A DNA stretch of 63,996 nucleotides, filler included, from Thelocarpon superellum (lineage: Eukaryota), in NCBI GenBank assembly GCA_026025795.1. It is 3 parts of 3 records of this genome, joined end to end, with 100 filler letters (N's around TTAATTAATTAA, not from the genome) between each part and the next. Parts side by side here need not be neighbours in the genome. Positions count along the whole stretch, not along the records: positions 22,650 to 45,159 come from JAPEUG010000294.1; 2 more parts are not named here. One strand, 5' to 3'. The notes beneath the pieces are model-generated. The model saw nothing but the letters and a program-made list of their open reading frames with translations. It was not told the origin of the DNA and did not search any database. The position numbers and the translations under genes were made by a program. Each line of letters begins with the position of its first letter. The first letter of the stretch is position 1. Below, in pieces: positions 23,260-34,111 of this stretch.

Positions 23260-24480
23260 TTCAGAAGCTGCAGTGATCAGGATACTGGTGATTGCTGTGG
23301 CTGTGTCCAGGAACCAGGACCAGCACAACAAGGAAGCACCAACAATTCCCTGTTGACTGTCAACCCACCACTTCTCCTTTGACTTCAACCTGGATCTATG
23401 GAGTGAGGAACAGTTGTATTGATATACACAGTAGGTCCTCCCACTATCCAAGAGCAGATTGCTAACTTCAAGTCACTTCTAGGTTCTAGAAGGACAAGAT
23501 ACAACAACTGTGCTCCCTCTTGGACCTGGATGACATCAACTTCTGGAATCGATATACAGCCAGCTCTGAGCTAGCCCTTTGCCTTGTCATAATGCGCCTG
23601 GCCTTGCCAGAGTGCTATTGTTGGGCCACATCCCTGTTTGGATGGTTGTTAGCATACCTATTGACAGTTTTCAACAACATTGTTCAGCATCTGGATACTT
23701 GGTTCAGCCACCTCCTCAAGTGGCACCCCTGCCTTGATTCCTACACCAACCTATGCCAATTCAGCACTACTGTCACTCATTGTGCAGGCCTTCCTAGCAC
23801 CCTGATATGGGGCCTTATCAATGGAACATTTCAACTATTCTGTCAACCTACAACAAACCAACAGCTATCATACTCTGGGTATAAGAAGGCCCACAGATTG
23901 AAGTTCCAAGGAATCACAACACCAGATAGCCTGCTCTTGTCCTTGGTGGGACCATACCTTGGTCTAGAGAATGATTGGACACAGCTTGTTCATTCTAGCA
24001 TCCAGGATTGTATTGTAGCAGTGAGTTTCTCAATCATCTTCTATTGAACTACTGCTAACTGATCTACAGGTCTGTTGGAATCACTGCCTCCACTACATCT
24101 ACAGAGATCCAGCATACTCTAACTCCTTTGCCACCCTTTCCCCATAGTCTCACCTCCCTCCTAGCACACCAGCTAGTGACCTGTGGCAGGTGTTTAACAC
24201 TAGGATGAGTTGTGCCCAGATCACCATCAAGCACTTGTTTGGAAAGACTGCCAATCTGTGGTGTTACAACCAATTCAACATACAGCTGCAGCTAGGCAAC
24301 CAGCCCATTGGTTTGTATTATCAGATGTCTGTTCTACTGACAAATATATACACATGTATAAAGCAGCAGCCAACCCTGTTTGACCTCCTCCCTCCATCAC
24401 TAGAGGAATATCTCTTTCCAGGTGAGTCCCTCTTGTCCACCACATGGCTACTGATTCTGCAGCTGACTGACATAGGCAAG
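23260..24480 (+). pseudogene. Harbinger-type DDE transposase pseudogene (boundaries approximate)
   Basis: IWGLINGTFQLFCQP (consensus-like IWGFIDGT), YSGYKKAHRLKFQGITTPDSL, IYRDPAY (like YGDPAY), FNTRMSCAQITIKHLFG; in-frame stops. Confidence 0.85.
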
Positions 24481-24499
24481 AAGCAGGTTGATCTTTGAG

Positions 24500-25500
24500 T
24501 TAACTACCCTAACCTGGTCCCTTAACACCTCCACATTGTTGTGCAGATTGTCTTGTGAGTTGCCCAATCCCTGCACATTCTGTCTCTCAATTGTACTGAC
24601 TAACTAGTCAAAGGAATCCACCATTGAGGTCAACATGTCGCTATCCCTCTTCCACTTCTAGCTGCCTGCTGACAATGCTAGGGATGTCAATGCTGTGGAG
24701 TTGTTGGAGGATTGTTATAGCTGCCTAGGACACAGCTGTGCTAGGCGCCTAGGACATTGATTGATGTGGACACCAACTAGAGGTAAGTTGTCTACTTCCA
24801 TATCACTTTGTTCAATATCAATGTTGTTGTTGACAACCTCATCATTGTCAGAGTCTTCTGCTAACAGTGAAACAGGGTGTCTTTCAGAACAAAGCTGTGT
24901 CAGTGACTGATGTATGTTGTCAGCCTCTCCCTGTCTTGCAATTCTCTCCTCTTTAGTGATTTGTTTTACTTCTTTCTCTGCATTGATATAGTCAACATGC
25001 TCAAGCCATTGATCAATGGATTGAGTCTTCTCTGTCACAGTGTGTTCAGTCCCTGTTGTCTCTCTTTCCTTCTCTTGTTGTTGTTTTCTCTCCATATTTG
25101 CCATCTTGAGCCTTGTGTTTGAGAACCTCTTTCCTGTCTGCTGTTTGAGCTAGTTGCTAACCAGCTTCTAGAATACTTGCTTCTTCCCATACTAATGTAC
25201 TGACTTGTGGCATATACAGATCTGAATGAGTTCAATCTCCTTGTCTTCTATCAGCATCGACTGTGGATTGGAGGATGGAGGAGGACAACTAGAGGCAACA
25301 GAGGTAGAGGTTAGCCATTCCAAGGCTGTGGCTCTGCTGCCTGAGCCATCAGCAGAGGGAGCAGGTGTGGCTGTGGCCTGACTGCTGTGTCTCAATTGAG
25401 GAGATGGACTAGGGGACCAGGCAGTGGGGGACAACAGAAGCAGCAGGTCTAGCAGGGAGTCCTTGGAGCAGGTCACACAAAATGGAGGAAGCTGAGCCAT
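24500..25500 (-). pseudogene. Second transposon ORF remnant, probably the Myb/SANT-like accessory protein (boundaries approximate)
   Basis: EIELIQICICHKSVH*YGKKQVF*KLVSN*LKQQTGKRFSNTRLKMANMERK followed by a charged coiled region; the stops look mutation-derived; two-ORF layout typical of Harbinger. Confidence 0.55.
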
Positions 25501-27414
25501 CACATGCAGTATACAACTACTATATAGATCCAATTGTATTCTGTTCCTACATACGATTCTCACAATGTGGTTGAACTGATGTCTAGGATAGTAGTATAGC
25601 TAACTATAATAGGAAATCGATCCTGAGCTCAGGAGGTGTGCAGGCCTACTCACATGCTGAGCAGCACAGGGGTAATTTTGAGCAGCTAGTCTACTCTGGG
25701 CTGACCCCTCAGTAGAGACTATACCTAATTAGGAACTAGCAACAGAATCTACCCAACCCAAACCTTCCTGCGAAAACACTCTAATACCCAAGAGTCACGT
25801 ATCATACTCCGTAGATATGGGGCAAAGTGTGAATTGAATTAAAATATTAGTTTGTGTGGCGAGAGTTTGTCTCGTCATTGCTTCCTTCCGTGTACGAAAA
25901 TCCTTCCAGGCCCATACACAGTTCAAGAGACTCGAGAACAGGCTGAATAATGAACCAGAGTGCTGTCGAACTACTAGAGGGAGATTGAACCGGAGATGGG
26001 AGAAAATGTCCGTGGCAGGCATCGCGCTATCGTGTTTTCTGGGCTGTATACCCACCAGAGGCTCTCCGGTGCTTGCCACCAAATTGCAAGATCTTCGGCC
26101 TGAAGCCATCGACCATTGACGAGTCAGGGATCTTTTGCTATTACTCGCATATGCCCATCGGCACTACGACTCTCATGCACGCCATTCGTCGATCCCGGTC
26201 TCCTTACATACGACTACCTCGCCAGTCCAACACGTCAGTGGTGAGTCAATCTGGAAATATCCTCGAATCTCTCCGCCTATCGTTCATATCAAGCCGCCAA
26301 GAAGGATAACGTCAGTGCACTTGAACCACTGTCTATGCTCGTCGCAGAGGGGTTGCGTGCTCGAATAATGAGATCCTAGCTATGGGCATGACAGCGTTCA
26401 TGGTGGCAGAGCCGTCTGATGTTTCAGCACCATTCCCTCCCCGTGCACGCCATCTGGAGTTGACAGCGGCAGACAAAAGGATCGGAGACCGACGTGACAT
26501 GTCAAGGAAGTAACGGAATCAGCCAGACGTCTCCAAGCAAAGAAAGAGCGTGTTGGCGGAGCCGAACGTGGTTACACACCGACTTTTCAGGCTGCGAGGC
26601 GGCAGCGACGGAGCGAAGCGCGCTTTTCTTGTCCCGGACTTCCCACAGCTTCTCCGCCACGTACGTAGCGTTTGTAATCTACCCCTCCACCTGGGGAGCG
26701 CACGACCTCAAGATGCTCCCAGCAAGGCGAATCGAAGCCGGCGTGCAAGACCTGGCGGCACCCGAGCTCTGCGCCATTTTGTCCTTTCGTCCATTGCTTG
26801 ATCGGACGTAGGGGGCAGGCATGTCCGCCCTCCGCCTCTGCCTGGTGGTGCACGGCGATCGTCCATCGCTTCGCGGGTACAAGATCGGACCATCGGCCCC
26901 GGCACTCGCGTCCCGTCCGCATCGCTTCAACATCACCATGGCCCAGCGGTAAGCTATGACCGAAAGTTTGACCTTGACCTCGACCATTGGCCCCATCGCG
27001 CTAAACCAGGCTTAGGTGCGCAAAACGTCCGGCCCGCCGGGCAACCGAAAGCGTTGTCGTTCTTGGTCTGTGGGCGGGCAATCCTCGGGCAAGTCACAGT
27101 GCCATTCCCACGCCACCACGGTGGTAATCATCAAAAACACCGAAAGTTGCAACCCCCCGGGGCCCCCGACTCAACACTTCGTTTCCTCCCCCTTTCCATG
27201 CGCGCCACACTTCTATCATTGCTACCGCGCTTCGCGAATCATGACATTGTGCACTCTTCTTCCTTACACGCCAGCCTGACTTCAGCACGGACGACTTAGG
27301 TAGGTAGGGTATTGGTGCCCGCGTCGGCCCCACGTCCAAACTTTTCGCTCCTCACCAGCGCACAGATTCACTCGAGGACGGGGCTGACCCTCGCGCACCA
27401 CAGCTCGTCCCTCC

Positions 27415-27741
27415 ATTGTGACCGTTGACTGCCTTTGGTCATCTCAAAGGCTCCCACACGCACCACGGCCCTGTCGGCCCGCACCCAGGTCATCCTTCAC
27501 ACTGCGTCCATTCGACCCCACCGCCATATCCTCAACGACTTGCCACCGCCCGGCATTGCCGTACACCGTGTCCGACCGTAAGCGTTTACTCGTCGAATTG
27601 TCCCCCAACCCTATCCCGTCGTCGGCTCCATCCTCCCAGCTGCCGCATAGGACGCTCCCCGGGGTTCTTCCTCTTCTGGGGGAAGAGTCGAGGAGACCCG
27701 ATCCTAGCATCCTAGGATCAGACAGCTTCCGGCCTCCCTAA
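27415..27741 (+). promoter_or_regulatory. Candidate non-AUG upstream ORF (uCC-like) in the ODC leader, ending FRPP-stop
   Basis: In-frame ATT (27415)/GTG (27418) start, about 108 codons ending TTC CGG CCT CCC TAA, 56 nt before the ODC ATG; no ATG between about 27244 and 27797. Confidence 0.6.
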
Positions 27742-27797
27742 CACGCTCGGGGTCATTCATCCGAACCTTCTGCTTTGTCACTTGCGTGACCAAGGGC

Positions 27798-29249
27798 ATG
27801 GCACCGTCCGCCACCACGACATCTCCATCAATCACCCCGATTTCGTTAACCGACGAGACATCCGTCGCGATCGATCATGGCGTGGGCAATTCGACGAGCG
27901 CGCATGGCACGGCCACAACGCTGGTAGGCGAGGCGTTGAGGAAGCGGGTCGAGAGCATCGATTTTGCCCTCTGTAATCCGGGTGACGAAGACGCCTTCTT
28001 TGTCGCTGATCTTGGCGAGGTCTATCGTCAGCACCTGCGATGGAAGCTCCACCTGAAGAGGGTCAAGCCCTTTTATGGTGCGTGTCTTCTTTCCAAGCCC
28101 CCGGCACGTCCATCTCACTGACGCAATGGCAGCGGTCAAATGCAACCCGGATCCGCAGGTGCTCCGGCTGCTCGCCGGACTCGGCACGGGCTTTGATTGC
28201 GCGTCCAAGCAAGAGATTCAGCAAGTGTTGGACCTGGGTGTGGATCCGTCGCGCATCATTTACGCCAACCCGTGCAAGACCAACTCGTACGTGCGCTTTG
28301 CGGCCAAACAGCGTGTGTCGCAGATGACCTTTGACAACGCCGAGGAACTGCACAAGGTCAAACAATGCTTTCCCGAGGCCGAGCTTTTCCTGCGCATCTC
28401 CACCGACGACTCGACGAGCGTGTGCCGCCTGAGCCTGAAGTTTGGCGCCGCATTGGAGTCGGTGCCGGACCTCTTGCAGCTGGCGCGCGACCTGGAGCTT
28501 AACGTGGTCGGAGTGAGCTTTCACGTGGGTTCCGGGGCGACGGACCCGCAGGTCTACCTCAAGGCGGTGCGTGACGCCCGCATGGTCCTCGACACTGGTG
28601 AGGAGCTGGGCCTGAAGATGGGCACGCTGGATGTCGGAGGTGGCTTTAGCAGCGACACGTTTGACTCGATGGCGCATGTCCTCAGCCAGGCCCTGGACGC
28701 GTACATTCCCCCTCACGTGCGAGTCATCGGGGAGCCTGGGCGATACTTTGTCGCGTGCGCATTCACGCTGGCGTGCAATGTCATCGCCCGACGCACCATC
28801 CAAGACCCGACGACGCAGGCCATGTCGTACATGGTGTACCTCAATGACGGCATGTACGGCAACTTCTCGTGCATCATGTTCGACCATCAGCATCCAGTGC
28901 CCCGTATCTTGCGGAGCGGCACTCGGTTTCTGCACAGCCAGTCGGCGCCAGGAGACGACTCAAAATCTGGCACGGTGTACTCCATCTGGGGACCGTCTTG
29001 CGATGGCATCGATTGCATCGCTCCCAGCTGCATCCTTGATGAGGTGCTCGACGTTGGCGATTGGTTGTATTTTGACGACATGGGTGGTATGTACCGTCCG
29101 CGCCAACCTAGTCCTGCGACCAATTGACTAATTGCTGCCCAGCGTACACGAAATGCTCGGCCACACGATTCAACGGCTTTACGGATAATCACAACGTGGT
29201 CTATGTCTCTAGCGAGCCTGGCGCTTCGGCATTGCTCACTCTAGACTGA
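27798..29249 (+). CDS. SPE1: Ornithine decarboxylase; 2 introns
   Basis: DAFFVADLGEV, PFYAVKCN (PLP lysine), GFDCAS, IIYANPCK, FHVGSG, LDVGGGF, EPGRY, WGPSCDGID, GAYTKCSATRFNGF. Confidence 0.95.
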
Positions 29250-29624
29250 CGCCCGGAGGAGTGACCCACGGCCATGATGATCGCCTTGATTGGTCGGAGC
29301 CGGCTTGATGCGACCATAGACAAAAGTCCCTGCTTTCCATAGATGTGCTTTTATTGCTAGCCCTTGCTCAAACAATAGTAGAGTATATGATCAATGCAGC
29401 CTTCGGCCGTCGACCAGCAATAACGTAGCGGTGGACCTTAACGCCGCTCTCCATGTAGATTGTGGTTGGTGAAGCATGGACCAGCCCGCCCGACCCTCAT
29501 GGCTGGAAAGCAAGAACGAGCTCTTCACCCTTGCCGATCCACACCTTACGCAGCACAATGGACGACACGAACACGACGGCGTGAGCCGCGCCTCTTTTCT
29601 TTCCATCCACAGCTACTCCAGACA

Positions 29625-31225
29625 ATGGGACGCACTTCCATGTCCATGATCTTCCTCTGGAGTTGGGCTCTTTGGTGGAGCATGCTCGGAGACGGCCATG
29701 GCGGGGCAGAAGCGGGGCACCACCAACACGACAGCGAAGCGGAGGCGGCACAGGACGATCTCGAGCGAAAATGGGGCCATGAAGTTCGTCTCCTTTCCAT
29801 CTCTGCTCCTCCAATTGAGCTTTGGTTTTCCAAGCGTCCGTCATCAAGTGTGAAATCGAGTCTCCATCCTTAAGAGAACTAGAGTTGGCCATCAATTGCT
29901 GACACGGACGACACCCACAGTGGGCCTTTTCAGGCATCTCGACATTTGCACATCTCGAACACGTCAAATGCTTGACGCATCCAGATGAGCCTTTTGATAT
30001 TGGAATCATCGGGGCACCCTTTGATACCGCTGTGAGCTATCGACCCGGTACGGATGGCCCTGCTCGTTCCCAATCATCTCGTCCCGATGAGACGCTCTCC
30101 TCCCTCTCGGGGACCTTTGTCCCGAATGCACCATGACTCTACGCCTGCACCATCCCTCTCCATGGTGCATAGTGAAGCTCATACCGGGTGACGACGCCAG
30201 GAGCGCGATTTGGACCTCGGGCGATTCGAGCGGCATCTGCACGACAGACGTCCTTCCGGGGCTTCAATGCACGAGCGATGATCAACCCGTACATGTCATG
30301 GGCGCGGATCCTGGATTGCGGCGACATTCCCGTCTCGCCCTTTGACAACGCTCTGGCTCTCAAGCAGATGAGCGCTGCCTTTTACGAGCTGGGCTCTCAC
30401 CCCGTGGCATACGGTGGTGATCCAGGCCAGCCTCACGTCGGGACCGAAAAGACGACGAAAGTCCCAAAAGCCAGCAGCAGCGGCAGCATGAAGGATAGCA
30501 CCGGACCCCGGCCCCGGCCGCGGCCCAAGCTCATCACCCTCGGAGGCGACCACTCGATCGCGCTCGCCGCACTACGGGCGCTGTGCCAGATTTACGGACA
30601 AGCCGTAGCGGTTGTACATTTCGACGCGCACCTGGACACCTGGGACCCTTCCAAATTTCCCAACGCGTGGGCCAGCGAGCAAAGCGCCTTCAACCACGGC
30701 TCGATGTTCTGGCTGGCGAGCCAGGAGGGCTTGATCTTGAACAGCTCGTCCGTGCACGCGGGGCTCCGCACGCGTCTCTCCGGCGCCGACGCAGCGGACT
30801 ACGCCGACGACGAGCGGCAGGGCTTCCTGCGTCTCTCGAGCGACGACATTGACGACGTAGGCACGGCGGGGATCGTCAAGGCCATCAGGAACAGAATTGG
30901 CCCCGACACGCCGACCTATCTCAGCGTTGATATCGACGTGCTCGAGCCCGGCCTCGCGCCCGGCACGGGCACGCCTGAACCGGGCGGGTGGACCCCGAGA
31001 GAGCTGATTCGTGTCTTGAGGGGCATTGCGGACCTCAACGTCGTCGGGGCGGACGTGGTGGAGGTTGCGCCGGCGTATGATTCACCGGGCGAGGTCACCG
31101 CCCTGGCTGCTGCGCAGGTCGTCTATGAGATTGTGACGAGCTTGGTTCAGAGGGAGGTGCGCGTGCGGAAGGAGGAGAGCGCGGGTATGGGCGAGGGGGC
31201 TGGGGTGGTTCGGGACGAGCTCTGA
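29625..31225 (+). CDS. Agmatinase/guanidinobutyrase-like ureohydrolase (arginase superfamily) with signal peptide and C-terminal RDEL; introns 29784-29920 and 30048-30200
   Basis: [77 protein letters not shown]. Confidence 0.9.
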
Positions 31226-31424
31226 TGCCCTGACTGCAGATCATCACGAGACAGAAGCACGGAAAGGATAGACATGGGATTTTATTCGATTTGATACAGT
31301 TCATACGACTCGGTCAAGTTCGCACGTGAATCCAATGCCGGTGCAGCATTCGATACGGGAAGTTGGACGACGTCTGACGAGCTAGGCCCGACTATGCCCG
31401 CCCTGTCCACCAAGTCCTTGTGCT

Positions 31425-33229
31425 TCAGTGGGACGCGCCATTGGCCTTCCCGTTCGTCGCATGCCGCGACTTGGGCGGCGGCGGCGGAGGGAGCGGATTC
31501 AGCCCGATGGCTTTCGCTGCCTGCGCCTCGGCCGCGCGGTCCCCTTGGACGTTCGGGTTCCCATCGTCGACTCCACCCTCAGCTGCCCCGTCGCTCCTCA
31601 CGTCGTTGTCGCCGCCGTCGTCGCCCTTGTCCTCGTCCTCATGCCCTTCGTCTTCTTCGCCGTCGTCCTCATACTCGTATTCGCTCTCCGTCGCTAGCTC
31701 ATCCACGGCTTCGGCATCGGCCTCAGCAAGGAGCGTGGCCATGCCGGGGGCCGCGCGGCCCTGGGCTTGCATGCCGCGACATAGCTTCTCGAGGTTGCCG
31801 TTCTTCTTGCGCAGCAGCTCCAGGTCTTTATTGAGGCGAGTGCGCTCCTCGGCCATCTCGATGATGTTGCGGTTGGTCAGGTCATGCTTGCGCGTCAGCG
31901 TCAGATTTTCCTTCTCCAGTCGTTTGGTCTTCTTCGACATCTCCTCCATCTCCTTGCGGAAGGTCAGGAAGAGGTCGTTGGAGTTGTTGAGCGTGTCCTC
32001 CACCTGTCGCGTGGGCCGTCAGCGTGCTGGTCATTGCAACGGGATCGCACCCCATGACCGACCTGCTTGAACTTCTCCACGTAGATGTTCAACTGGCTAC
32101 GCAGCTCGCCCTCCGTCTGGGAGAAGGTCGACACCTGGGTGCTGAGGGCACGGGAGCGAGCCGCCTCCTGCTCCGCCACCTTCTTCTGCTGCTCGTACTT
32201 GGCCATGTTGAACTGCACTTCCAGTTCCTTGGCGCGCAGCATCGAGTGAAAATGGATCTCACGTAGCTCGTACTGGTCGATGAAGGACTTGAATTTTTGA
32301 CGGAAGCTACCACCGGAGTACGTCAGTCCGGCCGGATCGCGGAGCACCGCGGGCAGTCCGCTTGACTCACATCTCGTCCGTATCCATGGTTTGCTTCTGG
32401 CTCGCGGGTATCTCGTGGAGATGAATCACGTCTTGTACCTCCCACAGGACACTGTCGAACTGGTCGTTCAGTCGCTTTCGTTGGAGCGTCTCGGATTCGA
32501 TTATTTTCTTGTGCTCATCCTGTGAGGGGAAGGCGCAGGTCAGCGCTCGGGTCGGCCAGGCTGTGAGGGACGAGGGAGGGGCGAAGGGGCGACTGCCACG
32601 TACTTTCATCTTCTTATTCTCTCGTTGCAGTTCACGGCAGAGCTTCTCTAGGCGTTCCTTGAGGCTCACGGTCTTGCTCAACTCGGACCGCGACTGGTCC
32701 TTGTCCTTTTGCAGCTGATCGGATCGTTTCTTATTCTTGGCGTGATCGCGGTCCAACCGTTTCATGTCACCCAGGAGATCGGAATACCGCTTTTGCACAA
32801 TGTCGATGCGCGAGAGGGGCGAGTCGATGGTCGAGAGGAGGTTGGCAAGATCGCGGTTGGCTTTCTTGACCTCGCGTTCTGCGTTGGCCGCGTCAGCGAG
32901 AATTGGACAGGGCCCGCTTGCGACTCTTCTGACGCACCGATCTCGACCTCTTGGTCTTTCTCACTGGCCTTGTCAATCTCCAGCTGGGAGATCTTGGCGG
33001 CCAGCAGTTTGGAGGTCTCGTTGGGGTCCGTGGGCCTCTTGCTCTTGGCCTTCTTGCCGGTGGAGGACGGGTGTGGGGCGGAGAGGACGGGTGCGTCCGT
33101 GAGGGCATAGTCGTGGGCGCCATTGGCGCTACTGCCGTTGGATAAGAGGCCATTGGCGTGTGCGTGCGTGGTGCCGGATGAGGGCCGGGAGGTGGCGGAC
33201 ATGGAGTTCTGCGATGGGACGGAGGTCAT
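31425..33229 (-). CDS. Taxilin-family coiled-coil protein; about 4 introns
   Basis: LLAAKISQLE, LEKLCRELQRENKK, ELRSQLNIYVEKFKQVEDTLNNSNDLFLTFRKEMEEMSKKTKRLEKEN, LEKLCRGMQ. Confidence 0.88.
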
Positions 33230-34111
33230 GGTGGAGGGAGCTGGGCGGATTGGCCCGGTACGAGCGCGGCGGTTGGGACGGCGAGCGTGAGCATGTCACT
33301 CGCCAACTTGGCGCAGGGAGAAGGGTGGTGGGCGCGTGAGGCACGCGAACCTGCTGTCGGAGGGCGTTGAGGGGAGCGTGGGGCGATTGGAGGGTCTGCC
33401 CGATTCACCGTCGTCGTCTAATGAGGCCCGTCCTACGTCGGTGGAGCGAGACAATCGGGTGAATCGAGGAGTCGTCGTTGCGTCCTGGTGCTCACTGCCG
33501 TCGTCGGCCGCCGTAGTCAGGCGTCTGGAGCCAGCAGCCGGGAGCCCGGCGCCGGGCGTTCGTCTTCAAGGATGGTCATGCACGTACCTCCCACTTCATC
33601 TTAGGGCGCGGTACCTCTCCACGCTTTGCTCTTCGCCCAAGATGCAGCAACACCAAAACGACTCGCGACCGGTCGGCTTCCCATGTATACGTCACACCTC
33701 TGTTTAAGGACTACAATTATCTGCGGGGAGGCTCCACGACCTCCTGGTTGATCCCTTCCACGTGGACCACCGCAACCCTAACTTCGCCGCGGGTTTGGCC
33801 CTCTCTGGCAGATTTCTTCTCTGGGACGTGAATCGTCCATGCTCCATTCACACGTAGTGGCGTCGGGGTCTTCCCTGTCGTAATTGATTTGCTCGCTCGG
33901 AGTCTCTCGGCTGCTGTACGCGACCTGTGGCCTGCGACCTGCGACCTGCGACCTGCGGGGGACGCTGCTGCGCATGCCCGTAACCATCATCCTTATGCTC
34001 GGGATCTGCCGAGGACCTACGCGTAACGGGCGTTTGACGATCTGTTTGGACTCGGCGTGCGTCCTCGTAACTGCGAGGATCTATGATGCAACAGCTGGAC
34101 CATTTTCCACC

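Larger units (their letters stand above)
23030..25782. mobile_element. Full-length but inactivated PIF/Harbinger (PHIS)-type DNA transposon, 2753 bp
   Basis: 15-bp perfect TIR AGAGTGTTTTCGCAG (23030-23044; reverse complement at 25768-25782), AAT direct repeat on both flanks, a DDE_Tnp_4-like transposase remnant and a convergent second ORF remnant. Confidence 0.88.

Noticed and set aside
25786..27240. Short ORFs between the transposon and the ODC leader
   Set aside because: No recognisable domain or consistent splice model.
28840..28900. ODC repurposed as an arginine decarboxylase partnering the agmatinase
   Set aside because: The specificity element retains the ODC-type Asp (FDHQ) and the other motifs are typical of fungal ODC.
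33884..34111. N-terminal extension of CYM1 in the ORF track (likewise LSG1 7746-7910 and CobW 38382-38447)
   Set aside because: Non-ATG starts without protein-like sequence; downstream ATGs match the expected N-termini.
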